The position numbers were made by a program, and so were the translations under genes. Under the pieces are notes generated by a model. That model made no database searches and was not told the DNA's origin. It saw only the letters and a program-made list of their open reading frames with translations. From contig CAZQNE010000006.1 of the NCBI GenBank assembly GCA_964594535.1, positions 19,496 through 83,495 on the forward strand: a stretch of 64,000 bases of DNA, in the 5' to 3' direction. Below are positions 57,358 through 64,000 of the stretch, piece after piece; position 1 is the first letter of the stretch; every line of letters begins with the position of its first letter. This DNA is from an uncultured Lewinella sp. Its GTDB lineage: Bacteria > Bacteroidota > Bacteroidia > Chitinophagales > Saprospiraceae.

Positions 57358-58017
57358 GTGGCTGATTACGTTCCCTTCGATCCCACCCCCTCTTCCCCCG
57401 CCGGGATGGAGGTGCTTTCCCGGAATTTCTACCGGATGATGAAGACCCGGCGCACGGTGCGCGAGTTCGACCCCACGCCCATCCCCCGTCCGGTCATCGA
57501 GAACCTGCTGCGGGCGGCGGCGACCGCCCCTTCGGGAGCCCACAAACAACCCTGGCACTTCTGCGTGGTGACCGATCCCGAAATCCGCCGGCTGATCCGG
57601 GAGGCCGCCGAGCGGGAGGAGTACGAAAACTACCACGGGCGGATGTCGGACGACTGGCTGGCCGACCTCGCTCGGTTCGGTACCGACTGGCACAAACCCT
57701 TCCTTACCGAGGCGCCCGTGCTCATCGCCGTCTTTAAAAAACCCTACGATTTGGGTGCCGACGGGGAGCGGCAGAAGAACTACTACGTCAACGAGAGCGT
57801 CGGCATCGCCTGCGGATTCCTGATCACCGCCATCCACCGGGCCGGGCTGGTTACGGTGACGCATACGCCCAGCCCCATGAATTTCCTGCAGCGTATCCTG
57901 AATCGACCGGAGAACGAGCGGGCCTACCTGCTACTGCCCGTAGGTCTACCGGCGGCGGGGGCGCGGGTGCCGGCTATCACCCGGAAACCTATGGAGGAAA
58001 TACTTAGCTTTTACTGA
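57358..58017 (+). CDS. iodotyrosine deiodinase-like nitroreductase-family flavoprotein
   Basis: RRTVREF, APSGAHKQPW, EEYENY, NYYVNESVGIA and THTPSPM motifs; probable GTG start 57358 (ATG 57406 possible). Confidence 0.85.
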   Translation: MADYVPFDPTPSSPAGMEVLSRNFYRMMKTRRTVREFDPTPIPRPVIENLLRAAATAPSGAHKQPWHFCVVTDPEIRRLIREAAEREEYENYHGRMSDDWLADLARFGTDWHKPFLTEAPVLIAVFKKPYDLGADGERQKNYYVNESVGIACGFLITAIHRAGLVTVTHTPSPMNFLQRILNRPENERAYLLLPVGLPAAGARVPAITRKPMEEILSFY

Positions 58018-58191
58018 TGAATCCCGGGCGGTATCTATTTAATATTCGTCAAACCGTCCGTTTTGAGGATAGCGGATTGTTGACGTAAACCCCGAGGGGC
58101 TCGCTCAATACGGTCAGAGCGTGTTGGGAAGAACGTGTTCGGACCCTTAGTTTCCCCCGCGGGTGGCAGAGACTCCCTATATTCATCGGTA

Positions 58192-58356
58192 TAAGTAGTC
58201 GGACACAATTATTCACACAATTTCCCTCGCTGTCTCCTGCGGCTACCCTTCGTTAGAAAGCCTCGCCAACACGGAGGCGTTGCCTGCGTTTTCTGCCTCG
58301 GTTATCCACACGATCCACCTGATGGAAATGGCGTAATAAATATGTCCGACTACTTA
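58192..58356. mobile_element. MITE-like element, IS630/Tc1-type ends with TA target duplication
   Basis: Perfect 14-bp terminal IR TAAGTAGTCGGACA (58192-58205 / 58343-58356), 20/22 over 22 bp; TA at both outer ends; no ORF inside. Confidence 0.65.
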
Positions 58357-58423
58357 GTCATCCAATCTTCCGGGCCCTGCCCGCACCCGCGCGCCGCCGC
58401 CCGCCTCACTCACCCCAGTACAC

Positions 58424-61400
58424 ATGCCTCCCCCCAGCCGCCCCCTGCCCCGCCGCCCCGACCCCCTGGTACTGAACCTGCGCGGCACCCGGACGGATTC
58501 CCTTGACGGTCGGTCCGACCCCATCGGCGCGGGCGAATACGTAGTAGCAGTACGCTACGACCTGAGCGGGGCCTCCCGGGGCGGTAGCTACCCCCAGACT
58601 GAAACCATCGACCGGGAAATCGTCGGGCTGACCGCCGGCGGGGGCGTGGAATGGTACGGATTGGGCGAAGACCTGCCCGCCGTCACCGGTTCACCCGTGG
58701 ACGTCAGCAGGGGGCAGACCACCTTTACTCTGCCCCGGACGCTTCGGGGGGATAGCGCCCACCGCGGATTTGTACAGGACCTGGTGATCAACACCTTCGC
58801 CAAGATCAAGCGGCGTAAGGAAAGCCCCCTGGGTCGGGCCACGGTCGACCGGGTACTGGGGGAAACCTCCCTCGATAAGGTCAGGGAAACGCTGCTGGAA
58901 GCCGCCGGGGAGTTCGTCGGCCTCCGGATCGCCAGACGCATCGACGATCAGAAGTGCAGCCGGCCCGGATTGCACCGCATCGACTACACGGGGAAGTTGA
59001 CGGACCACGTCGGCACGGTGGCTACCAACCGGCCCATCCTGATTTTCATCCACGGGACGATCTCTAACTTCACGGACGGTTTTGAAGGCATCGAACCGGC
59101 TTACTGGGCCGACATCCATGCCGCCTACGGGGGGGAGGTATTCGCCTTCAACCACCGTACGATTACCGAATCCCCCGTTCGCAACGCCCTGGATTTGCTG
59201 GCCGCTTTACCCGAGGGTTGCGAAGTGGATCTGGTCACCCACTCCCGGGGCGGACTGGTGGGCGATGTCCTGGCCCGCTGCGACCTGCGGCTGGGCGACG
59301 GGATCGGCTATACGGAGGTAGAAATTAACACCATCCGGGCGGATGAAAGCGCGGCCCAAAAGAGTTGGGAGGCCGACCGGGAGTTGAAACACGACCACGA
59401 TGGCGAACTCTCCGAGGATCTGCGGGAGGGCCTGCTGGCCTCCGCCAGGAAGCTGGTATCCACCGGTCGGGCTACGGCCGAACTGGCGGCGGAGCTCACG
59501 GAAATTACCCGAATTGCCCCCGGCCGGCGCCTCAGTGTGCGTCGGATCGTACGGGTAGCCGCCCCGGCCGCCGGAACGACGCTGCTGGCCGAGCGCCTCG
59601 ATCACTTACTCAACGCCCTGCTGAATCTGGCGAAGTACGCCGCCGGGCCGGGCTGGGCACCCGTGGTCGACAGCCTGCGCACCTTCGCGATCGCCGCCGT
59701 CGAGGAACGCCACGACCCCGCCGCCTTCCCGGGGCTGTACGCCATGGTACCGGGGCGGGGGTTTTCCCGCATCAACAACCGGAATCTAACCCTCGATCTG
59801 CCGTCCGATCTCATCAACGTAGCGGGTAATTCGGAGGCGGGCGGGGGGCCCCTGCAGTCGCTGAAGGTCATCCTGAGTAACCTCTATTACTGGCAGGCCA
59901 ACGACTTCGTGGTGGATACGGCGAGTATGTCACGGGGGTTGTTCCGAAGGGCCAGCAACCGCACGCTGACCATCACCAGCGAACGGGTCGATCATTTCTC
60001 CTATTTCCGGGTGGGGAGCTTTATGCAATTGGTGACCAGTCTGCTCCTATGCGGAAAGCCGGAGGGTGAGGGTCTGACGGAAGGAATAACCTTCGTCGAT
60101 ACCACCTTCGACCGCACCGATAAGGGGGTGTTAGTCGACAAACTCTACGATCCCGGCCTGCTGCTGCCGGAACGTATCGTGGAGGACCGCCCGATCGTCG
60201 TTCTGCTGCCGGGCATCATGGGCTCGATGCTGTCCGTCGACGGGGACCTGAAGTGGATCCGGCCCGCCGCCCTCATCAACGGGGCCCTCGTCACTGACCT
60301 GGCCGCCGATGCGGAGGTGACCGCCCCGGGGGTCGTAGCCGACTACTACCGCGATCTCGGCGATCACCTGAAACGGGAAGGCTTCGCGGTACGCGTGTTT
60401 CCCTACGACTGGCGGCGGAGCGTGACCGAAAGCGCGGGGCTACTGCACCGGGAGCTTCAGGAATTGGGGGATCGCGGTCAGCCCATCACGTTCGTGGCCC
60501 ATTCCATGGGCGGGCTGGTCCTGCGGCAGTGGATGTTCGACCACCACGATGCCTGGTCGCATCTGCGCGTGGACCGGGGCGGGCGGGCAATCTACCTCGG
60601 CACCCCCTGGCGGGGCTCCCACCTGATCACCGAGCTGCTCACCGGCCGCAGCCGCCGGGTGAACGAATTGCACCTGCTCGACCGAAAACACGGTAAGCGG
60701 GAGTTGCTGAATGCCCTGGGGATGCACCGCGGGATCTTCGAGCTGCTCCCCCTGGATGACGAACGCCTGGTCGACCCCGAAGAATGGAAAAGCCTCGAAC
60801 GCGTCATCGGCCCGCGCGGTATGGCGCCGATCCGGGACACCATGATCGACTACCTCCGGCAATGGCGCAACCGGGTGCGTACCGGCCTGGATCGCCTGAC
60901 GGACGAGGACTACGCGGCCATGTACTACGTCGCCGGCCGGGCCCCGGCGACCATTGACGATTACGAGGTCCGCTACAGTTGGTTTCGTTGGCGGGGAAAA
61001 CTCATCTTCGGGGACACCGAGCGCGGGGACGGGAGCGTCAGTTGGGCGAGGGGCATCCCACGCCGGATTGCCAACGACCGCCGCTACTTCGTCAAAACGG
61101 AACACGCCCAACTGGCGAACGACCCCACCCTGTTCCCCGGCCTGGTTGAATTAATCCGCCGGGGAACTACCCGCCAGCCGGCCTTCCAGACCTCCGTGGC
61201 CGGAAGCCGCGGCGGCACCGCGGTAACGTCTTCCCGCCACCGGATTCCCGCAGCCGTTACGGACCAGTCCGCGATAGCTATCCTGATGGGGGAAACCGCC
61301 CCCGCCCCCGGTAGCGCCAAACCGGAACGATTACCACTGCGCGTGGAGGTACTGAACGGCGACTTACGGTGGGCTTACTTTCCGGTGCTGGTCGGCCACT

Positions 61401-64000
61401 TCGAGCACGACGGCATCGTAAGCGCCGAAAAAGCCATCGACACCTACCTGAACCAGACACTGAGCGAACGCCACCAACTCGGGTTCTACCCGGGTAAGAT
61501 CGGGGAACAGGAGGTCATCATCCACCACGATAACCAACCCCTGGGCACGGTGGTGGTCGGCCTGGGCGAAAAGGAAAACCTGACGGGCTTTCTCCTCTCC
61601 AAGACGGTAGAAAAAGGGATGCTCAAGTACGCCATTTTCCTGCGTGACAACGAGGTTCAGGATACTCACTTCCCGGAAGACGGCCACGGCATCAGCGTGC
61701 TCTTCATCGGCAGCTACTACGGGCAGATGCCCCTGCGCGAAAGCATCCGCAGCATCCTACTCGGCATCCGGCAGGCCAATGAGGTCATTGCCGGCTTCCC
61801 CGCCACGGGGCCGAACGGGACCTTACGGCCCATCACGACGGTAGAGTTCGTGGATTACTACGAAGACCGCGCCTACGAAGCCTATAAGTCGCTCCAGGAC
61901 CTACGCGACCTGCACGTCATCGACGAACTGGAACTCGCCCCCGCCATTCACCCCGGCCTGGGTCGCAAACGGCGCTTCCTCCGCGATGGTAGCCGCAGTT
62001 GGTGGCAAACCTTTACCACGCGGCAGGTGGCGGTACAACAACAAAAGGGGAAGGAAACGCGCCACAAACTGTCCTTCAGTACCTACAACCGCAGCTCGTC
62101 CGTCACCACCGACGAAGTAGACGGCAATCTCGAACTGGCCCGCTTCATGGCCGAAGAACTGTCCAGCGACCCGCGGTGGAACCGGGAGAACGCCAAGGTC
62201 CTCTTCGAGATGTTGCTGCCCAACCGGTACAAAGATTTCATCCGCAACCACCGCAACGTGACCTGGCGGATGGACGCCGCAAGCGCCATCTTTCCCTGGG
62301 AGATGTTCCACGACGTGGAGGTTGGGGACGTGCCCACCTTCGTACGCTCCGGCATGGTGCGCCAGCTCTACTCCGGCACGGCGGAGGTTCGCCCCGCCCT
62401 GGTACGGAGTATGCGGGCATTGGTGGTAGCCAACCCCCCCTTCACCAGCGAGGATCTGCCCGACCTGCCCGGTGCCGAGCGGGAGGGGACCGAGGTCAGT
62501 CAGCGGTTGACGGCCGGCAGCTTCACGGTAGTGCAGGAAATCGGGGCCGGCCCCGTATCCATTCTGAAGGCCCTGTTCCGGCAGGGGTACAAGATCATGC
62601 ACTTTGCCTCCCACGGTCGCTTCGATCCGGATAGCGAGCGGCACGGGATCGCCATCGGAAAGAACCAGTTCATTAGCCCCGGCACCCTCCGTCAGGTATC
62701 GGCCATTCCCGAACTCGTCTTCGTCAACTGCTGCTATCTGGGTAAACTCGCACCGGGACGGGAAAAATACTACCGCCACCGCCACCGGTTGGCCGCCAAC
62801 ATCGGCACCCAACTCATCGAGAGTGGGGTGAAGGCCGTCATCGTGGCCGGCTGGGCGGTGGATGACGCGGCCGCGCTCACCTTCGCCACGACCTTCTACG
62901 ATAATTTGCTGCGGGGAGAATACTTCGGCGAATCGGTCCGCCGCGCCCGCCGCGCCTGCTGGGAACGGCACGACCGCACCAATACCTGGGGAGCCTACCA
63001 GTGCTACGGCGACCCCTTCTACCGGGCCACGCTGGTGGGAGAAACCGAAAAGAGCGAACGTGAACTGACGCTGGAGGAAGAGATCGTGCTGGAACTGGAC
63101 AACCTCATCTCCGCTGCCGAAAGCGTCACCGGCGGGGCCCGGGAGGAAGCCACCCGCCTGCGGGCTACCGCCCAGGATCTCCTGCGCCGCGCCGAGCTGC
63201 ACGGATACTACGGCCCCCGCATCGTAGAACGGGAGGCCAAGTTCTACATCTACATCAACGAATACGGGGCCGCCATCGAGCGCTACGAGATTCTTTTCGC
63301 CCGGGATCACGGCAGGTATTTGGTACGCAGCTACCTGGATTACCTCTATACCCTGATCCATCACCAAGCCACCGACACCAGTCTGGATAACCGGCAATCG
63401 GCCGCGGCCATTCGAAAGACCGTGGCAAAAATCCGGGCCCACCGGATCTCGGAGCCGGGGGTAGCGATACATACCCTGCTGGCCAGTGCCTACAAACGGC
63501 TGGCGACGAAGGTCAACCTTACGGAATCCCGAAAATACCTGCGGCAATCGGCCCGTAGCTACCTCACGGCCGCCCGGGAGGTCGGCGTGCGCGAACGGGC
63601 TGCTATTTACCACGTCACCAGCTACCTCTCATTATCCGCACTGGCCGATCTGGGGCTGGAGCGTACCGACTTCGACCCGGCGGCTGATCTCGGGCTGGCC
63701 CCGCCGGCCTACTTCGACCTGTGGCGGGCCGGGCACAGCTACCGGGAGCGGGGTAGCGCCTACGCCCGCCTGCGGGGTACGAACCTCTTACTCAGCGAGA
63801 TCGTCTACCGCGGCTGCCACGACCAGGCGGGAGGCAGTGAACGCTGGGGAGGAATGACGCTACGGCAACGGGCCCGCCAACTGGAATCGCTCTACCGCCG
63901 GCAGTTCCGCGAGGGCTACAACCTGCGCGACCTGTACGGACAGTTGGAACATCTGGACATTCTGCTCAGCGTCTGCGCCAAACTGGGGAAGCGGCCCCTC
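58424..64000 (+). CDS. giant multidomain protein (>1859 aa, 3'-truncated): two alpha/beta-hydrolase lipase domains, macro-like domain, CHAT caspase-like protease, TPR-like tail
   Basis: Read by hand as open from ATG 58424 to the window end; IFIHG/THSRGG/NDFVV/DHF and LPGIMGS/AHSMGG/GDGSV/TEH motifs; HFASHG, FVNCCY and WGAYQCYGDP CHAT motifs. Confidence 0.88.
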   Translation, partial: MPPPSRPLPRRPDPLVLNLRGTRTDSLDGRSDPIGAGEYVVAVRYDLSGASRGGSYPQTETIDREIVGLTAGGGVEWYGLGEDLPAVTGSPVDVSRGQTTFTLPRTLRGDSAHRGFVQDLVINTFAKIKRRKESPLGRATVDRVLGETSLDKVRETLLEAAGEFVGLRIARRIDDQKCSRPGLHRIDYTGKLTDHVGTVATNRPILIFIHGTISNFTDGFEGIEPAYWADIHAAYGGEVFAFNHRTITESPVRNALDLLAALPEGCEVDLVTHSRGGLVGDVLARCDLRLGDGIGYTEVEINTIRADESAAQKSWEADRELKHDHDGELSEDLREGLLASARKLVSTGRATAELAAELTEITRIAPGRRLSVRRIVRVAAPAAGTTLLAERLDHLLNALLNLAKYAAGPGWAPVVDSLRTFAIAAVEERHDPAAFPGLYAMVPGRGFSRINNRNLTLDLPSDLINVAGNSEAGGGPLQSLKVILSNLYYWQANDFVVDTASMSRGLFRRASNRTLTITSERVDHFSYFRVGSFMQLVTSLLLCGKPEGEGLTEGITFVDTTFDRTDKGVLVDKLYDPGLLLPERIVEDRPIVVLLPGIMGSMLSVDGDLKWIRPAALINGALVTDLAADAEVTAPGVVADYYRDLGDHLKREGFAVRVFPYDWRRSVTESAGLLHRELQELGDRGQPITFVAHSMGGLVLRQWMFDHHDAWSHLRVDRGGRAIYLGTPWRGSHLITELLTGRSRRVNELHLLDRKHGKRELLNALGMHRGIFELLPLDDERLVDPEEWKSLERVIGPRGMAPIRDTMIDYLRQWRNRVRTGLDRLTDEDYAAMYYVAGRAPATIDDYEVRYSWFRWRGKLIFGDTERGDGSVSWARGIPRRIANDRRYFVKTEHAQLANDPTLFPGLVELIRRGTTRQPAFQTSVAGSRGGTAVTSSRHRIPAAVTDQSAIAILMGETAPAPGSAKPERLPLRVEVLNGDLRWAYFPVLVGHFEHDGIVSAEKAIDTYLNQTLSERHQLGFYPGKIGEQEVIIHHDNQPLGTVVVGLGEKENLTGFLLSKTVEKGMLKYAIFLRDNEVQDTHFPEDGHGISVLFIGSYYGQMPLRESIRSILLGIRQANEVIAGFPATGPNGTLRPITTVEFVDYYEDRAYEAYKSLQDLRDLHVIDELELAPAIHPGLGRKRRFLRDGSRSWWQTFTTRQVAVQQQKGKETRHKLSFSTYNRSSSVTTDEVDGNLELARFMAEELSSDPRWNRENAKVLFEMLLPNRYKDFIRNHRNVTWRMDAASAIFPWEMFHDVEVGDVPTFVRSGMVRQLYSGTAEVRPALVRSMRALVVANPPFTSEDLPDLPGAEREGTEVSQRLTAGSFTVVQEIGAGPVSILKALFRQGYKIMHFASHGRFDPDSERHGIAIGKNQFISPGTLRQVSAIPELVFVNCCYLGKLAPGREKYYRHRHRLAANIGTQLIESGVKAVIVAGWAVDDAAALTFATTFYDNLLRGEYFGESVRRARRACWERHDRTNTWGAYQCYGDPFYRATLVGETEKSERELTLEEEIVLELDNLISAAESVTGGAREEATRLRATAQDLLRRAELHGYYGPRIVEREAKFYIYINEYGAAIERYEILFARDHGRYLVRSYLDYLYTLIHHQATDTSLDNRQSAAAIRKTVAKIRAHRISEPGVAIHTLLASAYKRLATKVNLTESRKYLRQSARSYLTAAREVGVRERAAIYHVTSYLSLSALADLGLERTDFDPAADLGLAPPAYFDLWRAGHSYRERGSAYARLRGTNLLLSEIVYRGCHDQAGGSERWGGMTLRQRARQLESLYRRQFREGYNLRDLYGQLEHLDILLSVCAKLGKRPL

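Noticed and set aside
58047-58085. Hairpin CGTCAA...TTGACG downstream of IYD as a riboswitch
   Set aside because: It lacks the conserved motifs of c-di-GMP, SAM, TPP or cobalamin riboswitches that I can recognise, and the pairing is weak
58209-58310. Two DnaA-box-like 9-mers (TTATTCACA 58209, TTATCCACA 58302) suggesting oriC
   Set aside because: Only two boxes, both inside the MITE-like element (one within its terminal repeat); no clear DUE and no dnaA/gidA-type neighbours
58192-58356. Retron msr-msd interpretation of the 14-bp inverted repeat
   Set aside because: No reverse transcriptase in the window, and the TA ends with longer imperfect terminal repeats fit a MITE better; kept only as an alternative to test
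61901-63613. 570-aa minus-strand ORF, plus other long antisense ORFs (24263..25921, 52369..53580, 19150..20310, 44032..45051)
   Set aside because: Shadow frames of well-supported genes in GC-rich DNA; no recognisable motifs

Overview
GC-rich (roughly 60-65% by eye) Bacteroidota chromosomal window. SusC/SusD pairs, a T9SS-sorted protein and Bacteroidota-type ParE/DnaE suggest Saprospiria (Lewinella/Neolewinella-like); the taxonomy is an inference. From left to right: the 3' end of dnaE; an alpha-glucan hydrolase cluster; a GH10/GH78/SusCD polysaccharide locus; a T9SS phosphatase/5'-nucleotidase; a second SusCD pair; housekeeping genes (rluA-like, waaA, trpS, parE, icd); a (deoxy)ribose/nucleoside catabolic cluster; macro-domain, Pif1-like helicase and iodotyrosine-deiodinase-like genes. 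The window ends in a >1859-codon ORF that is missing from the ORF track because it runs off the edge. It has a lipase-lipase-macro-like-CHAT(caspase)-TPR architecture and is the best candidate for an undescribed signalling/defence system. Non-coding structure includes a 165-bp TA-flanked MITE-like element just upstream of that ORF, a four-helix-bundle gene with an amber stop at codon 3 framed by inverted octamer arrays, a dispersed CGCRGGTGC motif family, and many promoter-like boxes 3-6 nt before start codons. I saw no rRNA, tRNA, CRISPR array or transposase. All domain calls come from reading motifs by eye, not from database searches.
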